Origin: Patellaria atrata CBS 101060
Taxonomy: Eukaryota
Length of the DNA stretch: 64,000 nucleotides
Direction: 5' to 3'
Assembly (NCBI GenBank): GCA_010093705.1
Contig: MU006092.1
Span: 688,623 to 752,622, forward strand
The position numbers and the translations under genes are program-made. Below, in pieces: positions 52,660-64,000 of this stretch. Positions within the stretch are counted from its first letter, which is position 1, and every line of letters starts with the position of its first letter. Under the pieces are notes generated by a model. It made no database searches, had not been told where the DNA came from, and saw nothing but the letters and a program-made list of their open reading frames with translations.

Positions 52660-53439
52660 TTATCCATTGGTCATGTCCATTGCGTCTGTATCCTGGCAGC
52701 TAAATCCCTGGTCCGCCTGTTGATGAAAGAATCCATCAACGTCCACCAAATCCATGAACAGGCTATCATAGTCTTCCTCATCGCTGCCATACTCTTGTGC
52801 ACTTGACCGTCTATCTTGCTCCTGGTTCTCGTCTTCCATCAATTGAATTAGCTCTTCTAGTTCTCTCTGCTCCTGTGATAGCGCTGCTTCTGCCTCTTGC
52901 TGGTCGTCAAAGTTACTGGAACTGAATTGTTGACTGGAGTGTGGCAGTGAAGAAAACCACGGATGGTCTTCTTGACTGTTAAAGACGATTTCATCGGACG
53001 ATTCGTCAAACTCCGCGTCTGGGTCAACAGGAGGTGGTGCTGAGCGTGCAAGTGTCTCTTCCCACCGCCGTTGTTTGGAGAGAAAGTCTGCTCGCATTAT
53101 CTATTGAAGATATTAGTATAGTTGAATAAATGAAAAAGTCTCCATTAGAGTAACACATACCCGATCACCCCGCTGCTCTAACCTCTTCTCTTCCCTATCT
53201 TGCTGTACTCTCTTGAGAAACAGATCACGTCGCCGTTCTCTCATTTCGTCTCTCGTATGCATTATTGGGTTTGCTTTGATTGGTCGTTTCGAGAAGGGAA
53301 CGTTGATAGATGACTTCTTTGCATCGGCCATGAGGGGGGAGAATGGCAAGCAGAGCACATTGGTAGAGCGGGGAGACAGTGGCGATGGACGCTGCGGGAG
53401 ATACGTAACCGGCGTGAATATTGAGGTTGCCGCGATCAT
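52660..53439 (-). CDS. Conserved fungal hypothetical protein (2 exons)
   Basis: RPSPLSPR, RERRRDLFLKRVQQDRE..RG and acidic tail YGSDEEDYDSLF. Intron ~53160-53101 (GTATGT..ACTAAT..TAG). Confidence 0.75.
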
Positions 53440-54057
53440 GATGAAGAGGTAACAATAAGGTTATTCGTGGTGGTAGAGGGTTTGTGGACGTGTGAGGAAG
53501 AGTTTGTCGATGATGTTGGTGGGCTCCAGCTTTGTCGCGCTGAGCGGGAACACGCGACGCGGAGCGAGCATTCTAGCGCGGTTTTCTTAAGTACTCCGTC
53601 AGGTACCGAAGTTCTAACCGAGTTTTGCCAAGACTTTCACTGTCCGCCTACCCACCAGTACGGAACAGTTTTCATTTTGACTTATTCTTCAAACAAATAC
53701 GGTATATCAATTTTTATCGTGTAGTACGAACTCTCTGTATATACACGGATATGAACCTTTTAGAACCCAAAGTGGGATAGAACTACACTCCAAGATGTAG
53801 GAACATTTCCCATTTTGGTTTTGTCTCCAGTTCATGGGTATAGTCTTGCTATCTCTGACTATTCTTTGGTCAAATCGTAGGTCTGACATTGATGAATTGA
53901 ATCAGATGGAGCTTGAGGGCTGTGTTCCGCACAACTTAGTCTCTGCCTGGAAAGCTACATCAGCCTCACTCCATTCTTTTGTAAACCCCGCTCTCCAGAA
54001 TAGTTCAAGTTTGAAGTCATATCTTTCTTTGTGGTCCAAGTTCAGCATATTTGAATC

Positions 54058-56346
54058 ATGGAGTTTGGAATTTCAGCTTCAATTATTCAAGTTGCGGGTG
54101 CTGGTATCAAGTTATCACAGACACTGTACGCTTATGGTGAAGGTGTCTCTACTGCAGACTGCAGACTCAAAGACATGCCCAAAGATGTAAAGTTTACCAC
54201 AAAAGTGATGAAAGAGTTAGGAACTATATTCTCTAAAGATGAGACTGCGAAATTGGTGTCAGATCAAGCCATTCAGACCGCTGAAGACTCCATCTCCGAG
54301 TGCTCTAGCATCTTTGAAGAGCTAGGTACAGCCGTGCAGAAGTCTAGAAGAAGAACAATGGGTCAATGGCTGTTTCCCTTCAAGGAAGCTAAATTTCAGC
54401 TACTTCAGAGCAATTTAGACAGGTTAAAGAGTACGTTACAGCTACTTATGAATGTTTTGACGCACGCTCTGCTGGCTGCGCAGCAGTATGTTCACCATAA
54501 TGCTCAACTTTAGATACTGTCTTTGATATGAGTGTAGTAACAATAAAAACATAACTGAGGATCTAAGCAAGAAGAATATTGTTAGAGCAGCATACCAGAA
54601 TGAGAAATCCGTACAAAAGTACGAAACAGTCAAGAGGAGATTTGAGGAGAGACAGCATCCTTCAGTTGGATTCAAGGAGAAAATCCATATAGTTTCCAAA
54701 TCTGAGGAGAAACCGGATTCTTTTTTTTATGTCTGAGGAGAAAATGAATTCAATGCCCAGTCCGGTCTTCGGGGTGGCGGCCTTCGTCGACTTAGCGGTA
54801 CAAAGGTGGATATAAACCTTGAAGTTCAACACTACCCTGCTGATATCCTATTATTTAGCCATCCTCATGAGCCTTCCTTGTTCAACTTGAAATCGAAGAA
54901 GAGAGTCTCAGATCAAAACGAGGCCGATGGGGAGGACATTGGTCCTCTTCAACCAAGCATTGAGAACCATGATGTCAAGACTCCTCAGACTACTCATTTG
55001 AATCCTAGCCCAAATGTCGCTCATTTATCAACTGGAATCACGCTAATCAGCGCCTCCTTTCACTTGTCGAGGAGTTCCAGCAGGATTTAGTTGAGAACCC
55101 GACGAAGACACAATACGATATTAGCCCGACCTACTCAACCATTCGCAACAGTCTCGACAAGATCTTCCTACCGAGTCATGAAAAAGCACCTTGGGGTATT
55201 CCCAGTCATGTATGTCATCCCTCACAACATCGTAAAACATAAGCAGCCCATCTAAAGCATTTTCAGCAGGTGGACCGTTCTATCGATGTTTCAGGAGATC
55301 CAGATGATAAGCCACTGAATTTTCGAACAGGTGGCGGACAGATTTCTCTTCAAGATTACTAAACGCAGCTCATACTTCTTAAGCAGGAGAGCAAAAAACG
55401 GCTACTGCTCGCAAGGGATGGGATGATAGGCCAAGGTTTACTGCCAACTTCGATTGAAACTCATCATAAAGATCCTGTTTACAAAGATGAGAAGGATCTC
55501 GATCGGATAACGGCTCCGCCTGAACTCAAGCATGTGTTCGTTGTAATTGCTCTTCTTTTAACCATAGGAACAAGGTTCTACTACTTACCGGGCTCATTGG
55601 GGTATAACTTTGGAGAATTACTCGAAATGGGTTTCTTCATCGCTACTTTGACCATTCCAGTCCTTCTGATTGTGTATTATTCATATAAACTGATAACCAA
55701 AATCATCTGGAACAGTCGACTACCTGCCATGACTACACAGAAGAACTCGCTGGGTCAATCCTCAGTTCCGGACAACGTACCTCGTTTTGAATTTCTCGGA
55801 TCGGGGCCATTGCAGCATATAATGGACGATCGTACAACCCTACCCATTGAACCTAAACCCAACAATGTAGTCTATCAGGACCATGAGATCATGAGAAGCA
55901 CTAGTCGAGAACCCACCACGGTTGGCCGCCGAAAGTTCTCTAAGCGTCGTAGACATCTGAGCAAGGACGACGATTTACCAGAGGTCGGTGTCGAGGTCAC
56001 GCCCATGGGTCTTTCATCATCACCACCGCAGCCGTCGCTACCAGACGTAGACGTAGACAACGACGCTTTCAGCCTTGACTTCGGCCCTCTCCACAGCGAG
56101 GATGTGTTAGAGAATTTCGATTTCGACTTCTTTCTTGGAACCAACGAGGACGGGCTGAACTTCGCATTTGGACAACCTTCTTTTGCGAAAGACTATCCGG
56201 AAAAGTTGAACAGCAAATACGGGCACACCCCGTCTAAAGTACCTGATGAAGAACAGGAAAAGGAAGTTGAGAATCAAACAAACAAAGAAGAGAAGTATGA
56301 TGAAAAACTGGTGCGGGAGCTTTTGAAGAAGTATACCAAACTCTGA
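54058..56346 (+). pseudogene. HeLo-like/SesA-type fungal N-terminal domain gene, interrupted by stops in the middle
   Basis: MEFGISASIIQVAGAGIKLSQTLY...WLFPFKEAKFQLLQSNLDRLKSTLQLLMNVL. Downstream coding-like segments are broken by stops at 55088, 55240 and 55360, followed by a 307-codon ORF. Confidence 0.6.
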
Positions 56347-57729
56347 AAGAATGGCGATCCCCTCGTCCCGATATGCAGTATATATGTTTGTCCCTATCTC
56401 GAGTTTCTTATATAGGAATCGGAGACGCTTTAAGAGTGGACGTATGTAAGGAGATCGAGATCTTAAGTCTACTCGTAAAGTTACGAATGCGCCGTGTATT
56501 CTCCTCCTGTGTGTACAGCAGTAACGGCACAGTCGAAAACACCTTCGAGGTTGAGCGTACTGGAGGTGAGGAACGCAATGACAGGGGAAGGGATACCTCA
56601 AGTCTTCAGTTCATCTCTCCCGAACCACCGCAACCAATAAACCCTCTATTCGCCTATTTGGCAATTAAACAAGGGAGAAAGTTGCTCTCCTCCAGTAGTC
56701 CGAGAGATATAAACTAAGTCCTTACAATATGAGTCGAGTGAAAATTCCATCAGAGCGATGAAGTGAACTCAAACACACGTCCAAAAACGACAGACACTCA
56801 TACCCCCACCCTTCCGTACAATCAATCCCACTCCAATACAGTACGGCCGTAAGGCATAGAATCCGTTCCAGACTTCAAATCCCCCTTTCGAACGGTACAT
56901 ACCATCCAGGCCGCCCACAACCAGCACATTCCTCCTTGACGCCGTATGGGGTCTGTTTCAGTGCGTGTCCATACAAAGTTACAAACAACACTCGATTTGT
57001 TCTGTTTCTGCTGGCCTTAGATGATAATGTAAATTTGCTGCTTTGCGTGAAACATAACCATCAATTGTACACGGTTCTCTAGGACGGGATCGCGGCGTGT
57101 ATCCGCCGTTCTTGCGCGGGCACTGTTCGGTGACTGTACTGTACAGTACAGTTGCTGGGCATAAAGAGGTAGATTTTCGAGTCTGGATTTGCGGAGGAAT
57201 GGCTGGTTCGTGCGGCTGCGGTAAGTCAGGATTCAGGAAAGGGTAAGAGTACATTTTGCTTTGTCATTTCTTGCATTAATATTATTAGGCGTTCCTATGT
57301 GCGGGATCTTACATAATCCTAGAAAAAATCCTGACGGGAAGGAGCAACCTCAGGTTGTCAGTGCATCTCAAGATAACGCTTCCTTAGAGATGGGGGAGCA
57401 GTCTCCAATTGAATAGCATGAGTCCAATTGGGTGGACACAGAAAAGGATGAGGGAGGATTGAGGGACAAAAGAACGTTAATAGTATCATTATGAATTCCC
57501 TATCAACCCAAGTGTCTAGTGCTAGTAGGATGCCCAACGCCAACAAAAGAACGCTCACAATACGATCCCTGCGGGTATGTCCAAAATCCAAAAACATCAG
57601 ATATGCCAACACCCATGCCATGCCTTTTCTATCTGTCTTATACCGGAGTATACTTGCGTCTATTCATCATCAAGCGTTCCGACTCCTGCCATATAAGTTC
57701 TTGTCCCATCGCAAACCCTATCATACAAT

Positions 57730-58802
57730 CTATACCTCAACCTGATTGACCTTCTCCATGCCCTTTCTTGTGCTGCGATTGCGGAAGCTGAAGTTGCCGA
57801 GGTCCCACTTGCCGGCGAAGGCGACGCCGGGGTGGATGATGGTAAGCGCGATAGAGGCAATGCTGATCATGGCACCCTCGAGGATCATGTAGGTGACTTC
57901 GTCGTTGGCGAGATGAGAGTCGAAGCCTTCGGAGAGCTCGGCAACGCGGAAAACGCAACGGACGAAGATAGTGAATGTTGCGATAACGAGAGCTAGTGGG
58001 TAAAGTAAGTAAAAGTTCTCCTTGAAACGGTGCAAGAAGGTTGAGGACATACCGATGAGGAAACCCTTCCACTTGAGCGTGCCGCGGACATCGGCAAGAG
58101 CGGCATTGGTCGCACGGGAGTTCCTCTTGATTTTGAAAGCGAAGTCGGCACAAAGGACCATGAAGATGAGGAGGGAAACGACTTGGGATGCGAGACCAGC
58201 AATCATGATGTTGACACCCATGTCGTGCTTATCGCGGTCATCGTCTGCAGTTGCGGTGATGGCACCACCGAGAGCTTGAAGAACGAGCGATAGGAGATCG
58301 CAGGAGACGAAGACTATGGTGTATGTTCCAGGCTTGAATCGGGAGAGGTGGTCACCGTAGACGACAACAATGCGGCCTAGACAGAGATAGATGGCAGCAC
58401 TCAAGAAGGCCGGGCCGATGGTGAGGCAGATGAGATATCTGAGATAAGGTTAGGACTAAGGATGAAATCTGGGTTGACCGGTTGGAATGTAAGAAAGACT
58501 TACAGGAGGAAAGGATCGAATTTGAACGGGTTGAAATGCATCTGTATCCGACCCACGTAGCCTAGCACTTCGAGGATTAGACCTCCTAACATGCCAATCA
58601 TGTATCCCCATGTTTTATGCCGGATACCAAAGAAGAGCTGGAATGGTATACAGAGTCCGAATATTGCGACAAAAATGATATTGCCTGCTAAGTTCGGCAC
58701 GTAGGTGAAATTCGCGTATTCGAGAGAGCAGATATCAACATTGCAGTTCTCATCATTGATGAGAGTACCATTGAAAGTTATGGCATTGAGTTCTTCAGAC
58801 AT
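57730..58802 (-). CDS. RTA1/RSB1-like lipid-translocating membrane protein (3 exons)
   Basis: [85 protein letters not shown]. Confidence 0.92.
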
Positions 58803-60011
58803 GGTTGGAGAAATCTAGAAGACAAAAAACCTGAAAGTAAATAAATGGAAAAGAAATAAGACGGTTTATAAAATATGATTGAAGTGGAAGGTTGTTGGCC
58901 TGAATGAGGGACGGAAAGACTCATGGAGGCCTTGGAGGGCATCTGTTATATAATAACACAAAGATATGTGACTGTAGATTTACGGACGTTACTCGATAAA
59001 TCAGCGTGACTTGCACTACTATGATAGGAATCCATTGCTGTAAACGCCATTCTTAAAACCCCCCGGTCGCAAAGTTGGCTCGAAATGGAAATGTCTGAGA
59101 GGCAGTGAGAGAGAGCATTGCGCATGTCCTGGTATCAAAAATCCGCAAGCTTTACCTCTTGTAGTGATAGACTAAACCAAGTCGAGCCAATTGGTGCGAG
59201 CTACTGGTTCGCCGACATTGTAAAGTAATTCTTACCGCAAGTTCATAAGGTTCATCAGTAACTTCAGTAACATTGCGAACTTGCGGCTGGAGGCGCAGCA
59301 GTTTTAAGTCCTTGTTCATAGGAAATATCCCGACAAGTCCATGTTGTTGGTTAGGCCTCAATCCTAGGACGCTCGGAGTGAGAACGAATCGCATCGCAAC
59401 GGTCGTAACCTGCACGTGACTCTAGGATTGCAGTGGGTAATCGTGGTGAATCCTTCTAGTTACGTGGACAGGCCGCATAATGTGAGAAAGTCAAGGGCTA
59501 ACCCGGGTACTTTACTGTTGGTACCTACAGTTAACCAAGCTGTCGACTCAGAAATGCTATGTGGAGATGTACATCTAGGTCTCGAAAGGTATTTCATCAA
59601 GATCTTTATCTTGAAATGGAACACAAACACCTGGTGGCTGAGACAGAGACAGAGAGAAACGGTTTGGCCTGATAGATGTGCACTAGGATCTTATTAAAAG
59701 TTGAATTACTATCTCGAAGCATGTATTGCTCGAGCAGACGCCGTGAATATAGAATTGAATGGCTACTTCTTCTTCAACAGTCCATAGATGCGAAAGAGAT
59801 GAGGTGAGACAGATCATAAATGGAATAATTCAAGAATAAGGTAGCATATGAGACGGGGGGAAATCAAAAATTGGCCTTACCGCTCATAGCTATATAGCCA
59901 GCAGAAAACGAACCTCAACTGAGGCGGTGAAGGTGCCACCGCAGAAGAGCACTTATTCGTATTGAACTAAATTTCTATGAGAACGTGTCAAAAATTAATG
60001 AACTCCAAATT

Positions 60012-60100
60012 GGAGGCTTAGCTCAGCGGTAGAGCGTGGGATTGCAGTCTTCCAGTCTACAATTATCCTAAGGTCTCGTGTTCGATCCACGGAGCCTCCT
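60012..60100 (+). tRNA. tRNA-Cys(GCA) with 17-nt intron (60048-60064)
   Basis: Acceptor stem GGAGGCT/AGCCTCC with discriminator T, D arm GCTCAGCGGTAGAGC, anticodon arm TGGGA-TTGCAG..A-TCCTA, T arm TCGTG-TTCGATC-CACGG, TTTT terminator just downstream. Confidence 0.95.
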
Positions 60101-60945
60101 TACATTTTGCTCCTGATACCTACCCTCCCATACTGCATGAATTTCTGGTGTTCTGAGAGCCCTCGACAATAAACAACGCTGAATTAAGTCTTCATTTTGC
60201 ATATCTTGCACTTTGAGCATTTTTCTATCTATCTTATAGGCATGGATACGTTATCTTCATTTCTAAGGTAATAGAACTTGTTCTACAAATTTCTCAGATA
60301 ATGTTACATTCTGTTAGCACACATACTTTATTTCTTTTGTACAATTCACAGCCCAGCGCAGTACAATGCAGTACAGCCAAAATCCTGTCTAGGATATACT
60401 GTATAATGGTTCTCTAGGTTTGAGGTCCCTTGTTGATAGGAACTGCAGATAATAGTGGGTACTAATCAATGAGGCGGCCTTCGTAAATAGCACGTGAGAA
60501 CCGTTGCCGCGCCTCAAAGGGGCTGGAAGCTGTTACAAGCTTGCATACTTGCAGAGGCTCAACAGTTCTCGTGCGTTATGAACGAGACCTCTTAAGTTCT
60601 AAACGCTGAGATTACGCTTGGTAACGGATCGGAGCTTTCAGAATCGCGTATTTCTCCCTAAAACTGTTTGATTCGCCTTAAGACGAGCATTCCTGTAGAG
60701 AGTGCAAAGTATTGTGGGTTCTAATCTCGTTCAAGATCTCAAAGAGATCGATGTGGGTACAGGTTGGCTTTGTCGTTGGAGCGCTAGTATCTTAAGGTGT
60801 TTTCGGTCCGTAGATACCATATGCTTAGGGGTATTTATGGTCGTTACAACGAGACAAAATCGTGTGGTGAACGAAACTATGTGATATCATGCTTCTCATT
60901 TACTTTCCATGGATTGTTATTATAACCCACTGGATAGGCCGAATG

Positions 60946-61698
60946 TCATGCTATAAGGGTGAACTTCTGCAGTATGCACTCTACAATTTTGTTCCAGTCG
61001 GCCATTGCCCCAGATCCCGAGTCGCCACATGCAAGCTCTTTCTCCGTAGGTCTCAGTATCTGGACCCATCCGCCATTATTGACATTCCAATCGCTTTCCA
61101 GCACGCGGATATGCTGTTTTGTGACGGGCTGCACCCACATTGCAGTATTCATTGCTGGAGCGACAATGATTATCTTTTTGAATGACTGTTCTAGGAATTC
61201 TTCTGTATAGACACCATCACTACCCACACTAATACAGTATCGCATGGGATCAACCTCGCCGGTGGTGTCCCATGCCCTAATGACCGATAGGAGTAGATTG
61301 TCTGATATACCATACACCATCTTGGCCAATGAATTCGCGCTCAACGGAGCAATAAGTAGGAGGTCTGCCCATTTCCTCAGTTCTATGTGGAGAATCTTAT
61401 TACCACGTACCCAGGGTTCACTCCACTCGTCCTCGTCAAGGTATATACCATCAACATGAGGTAGGGTTCCTAATGTAGATAGAGAAGGTTGTTCGGCGGA
61501 TTGTCCAGCAAGGAATTGGGAAGCCGATTGGGTGAGAACAAGGCGGATGGAAATATTCCTGTATCTTGATAATGCACTGATAATGTGTGGTATTTTGATC
61601 GATGCTACAGAGCCTGAAGCTGCTAGCAAGAGGTGATACTTCCCGTCATTGATATGTTCGGAGGCATTTAGTGGAAGGGGAAGAGGTCGACCGGACAT
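60946..61698 (-). CDS. Phosphopantothenoylcysteine decarboxylase (HAL3/CAB3-type flavoprotein)
   Basis: LLLAASGSVASIK, ILHIELRKWADLLLIAPLSANSLAK, APAMNTAMW, KELACGDSGSGAM (both catalytic His and Cys motifs present). Confidence 0.92.
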   Translation of the reverse strand: MSGRPLPLPLNASEHINDGKYHLLLAASGSVASIKIPHIISALSRYRNISIRLVLTQSASQFLAGQSAEQPSLSTLGTLPHVDGIYLDEDEWSEPWVRGNKILHIELRKWADLLLIAPLSANSLAKMVYGISDNLLLSVIRAWDTTGEVDPMRYCISVGSDGVYTEEFLEQSFKKIIIVAPAMNTAMWVQPVTKQHIRVLESDWNVNNGGWVQILRPTEKELACGDSGSGAMADWNKIVECILQKFTLIA

Positions 61699-61878
61699 CG
61701 TGTACAGTCGGAGTGCTTCCGTGTTTAATAGTCATCCAGTTTGAAGTCGCGATGGGCGAGCTCTCCACTAACGTGAAGTCTTGGCGACCTATGTCATGCT
61801 GATTTGCGGCATTGGCATTTTTGTATCACGGAGGTTTACGAGTCGACACTTACATTCAAACCAAACATCGCACTCACT

Positions 61879-62479
61879 ATGCTATCGAGAACTGTGCCAT
61901 CCGCTGTAAGAACCTTTCAAACCGATGAATTCTGCCCAAAAATTGTAATTCTAATCATCTCAGGTCTTCCGACGAGCTCCTGGTGCTCCAAGAGCATTCG
62001 CCCCAAACACCGCATGCCGTGCGCCGCAATCCATTCGCTTCCTCAATGCCTCTCAGATTCGATTATTATCTCAAGAAACAAAATTCGAGATTGATAAAGT
62101 AGTTGCTTCGAAACCAGTTGTACTTTTCATGAAGGGGACGCCTGCCCAACCGCAATGCGGATTCTCGAGGGCGAGTATACAGGTACTGGAGTATCAAGGA
62201 GTGGATCCAGGAAAGTTCACAACTGTGAATGTACTTGCGAATCCGGATATTCGAGAGGGTATAAGAAGCACCTTCCCAGGTTCGACTCGCCCTAACAAAT
62301 ATGTTTTAGGGATCAAGGAATACTCGGAGTGGCCAACAATACCACAGCTCTACGTCGACAAGGAGTTTATCGGCGGTTGCGATATATTGATGTCAATGCA
62401 TCAGGATGGATCATTGGCTAAATTATTGGAAGAAAAGGGTGTAGTTCTATTAGACGATGCTCCATCTTCGAGTGGCTAG
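61879..62479 (+). CDS. GRX5: Mitochondrial monothiol glutaredoxin Grx5 (3 exons)
   Basis: Arg-rich presequence, VVLFMKGTP.QPQCGFSR, GIKEYSEWPTIPQLYVDKEFIGGCDI. Confidence 0.95.
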
Positions 62480-63038
62480 GATGCTGTAACAACAAAATCA
62501 TTACTACTACCCCCCTTTGCTCCAATATTCACATTGTGCCGATCTGCTTTCTCTGCTACTCTACTTCAAGGGCTGGGTCATGGACTTTTTAATTGATACA
62601 TGAACGTACCCGACACTGAATGAGAACAGACGGGTAGCATTGACTAAGCACTGACTTGAAGATATTCAGGTTGATGTAGGGTTACCTTACGCGATGATGC
62701 ATTCCGGTTCAATGCATGGTTTCAAATATCAAGAAGCAAGAGCGAAGAGCATGTATGTGTTGCGTCATAACCTGGAAGGTATGTGTACCTATGTACCACA
62801 GTAAGGTACCTTATCCACCTAGGCCCTATTCCGCGCTTACGTGAATAGGATTCCTCTTTCCGTCCGTTCTTTCCAGTTTTGATATGCACTTCGCTCCATT
62901 TTCCACTTCTCCTTCCTGTATCCATCGTTCCAGTGTAATTGTCGCCGAGGTACTAGCTACGCTCACTAAGTTCCTTTCTCGGCTGCTACACTGTCCTCAT
63001 ATTATGTAGTGAGCTTTCCTCTTATTTATTCTTCAACA

Positions 63039-64000
63039 ATGGCCAATGAATTCTGTTGCACTCACCCAGAACGAACTGACTCTCCAATAATTCCAAATGC
63101 GAGAATACGTCGTGATACAGACGTCCAGGAACAATTACTAAATTCATTGAGCACTCGTCACACTTCTGCAGGACCTGAAGAACTTCGGCAAATCCAGCGT
63201 ATCCTTGAAGGAGCATCCTTAGAAGACACTTCCAACCCTCCTAGTATGTTTAGACGTAAGTCTAAGAAATCCATGACCGATAGATCCCAAGCCAGTACTC
63301 CCGAATCCAAAGGATTTAAAGGTCTACTGCGGAAACGATTATCGTGGATGAGCACAAAGTCGACTTCCGGTCTTCGCAAGAAACGACAAAGTGAAGATGA
63401 CAATCATTTGCTGAGGACGTCTATCGAACGGTCCAATACGGTCAAGAGGGAAATCCGCATGAACCTGCTAAGTGACCAGAGCGCTACCAGCGGTGGATAC
63501 GATTCCGATGCTGAAGACATTTCGCATCGATTGGCGACAGCATTTTCGGACAAAAATCGACTTGACCAGGCACAACTGGTGTCTATCCAACTCGGGGATC
63601 AAACTCACGCGGAAAATTCGCCCAATCTCGGATCGATGAATCGTAATTTAAATTTGTAAGTAACCGTATTTATGATTGCTCACTGAATGCTAACACTATT
63701 CGTCAGAGAACAGACTGCCATCGACAAGGAGATATCTGCGTCAAGAATTGGAATGCCGAATGCTGAAATTGAGCCAGAGGATGGATCTCTTCAGGAGTTA
63801 CCTCTCCTCCTAACCTCAGCGAGTCTCCCAGACTTGTTGCTCCGTATGAGTGGGGATACACTCCAACGCAGGAGATCACGTTCTGAGTCAGGCTTGACCG
63901 CTCTCCCGAAATTTCTGGTAACCCCTCTTCGTCCACCTAATTCGGAGAGTGGTATCAAGTCCCAGCCAGCGGATTCTTTCGCGGAGAGCGCGTTGGGCGC
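63039..64000 (+). CDS. Hypothetical protein, 5' part (runs off the window end)
   Basis: Long ORF from ATG 63039 with GGYDSDA motif. GTAAGT..GCTAAC..CAG intron 63656-63706, then an open exon to the window end. Confidence 0.65.

Overview
Eukaryotic genomic DNA from a filamentous ascomycete (Pezizomycotina-type genes with short GT-AG introns and CTAAC/CTGAC branch sites). About 30 protein-coding loci can be supported. Most are conserved housekeeping genes: COA1, NDC1, a PEP12/VAM3-type syntaxin, MAP2, a DnaJ protein, POR1/VDAC, AGX1, VPS29, an AVT2-like transporter, VTC1, an MFS sugar porter, PAB2, UBC9, PEX19, an RTA1-like protein, a PPC decarboxylase and GRX5, plus an intron-containing tRNA-Cys(GCA). 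Between them lie accessory patches: spliced orphan genes, a gene-poor ~7 kb stretch of decayed coding relics and tandem repeats (27.3-34.2 kb), a small BTB-domain gene cluster and a degenerate HeLo-like gene. The strongest lead is AGX1: an 87-codon, AUG-free in-frame 5' extension that begins at a CUG in good Kozak context and encodes an exact PTS2 nonapeptide, suggesting non-AUG-initiated organellar targeting. Other leads are a BTB gene with a single TAG exactly at the conserved Trp (edit/readthrough candidate or RIP lesion), a stop-free 147-nt in-frame intron in POR1, and an unusually long structured intron splitting RNP1 of PAB2. No CRISPR array, rRNA or intact transposon was recognisable. 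Family assignments come from motif recognition by eye, not database searches.
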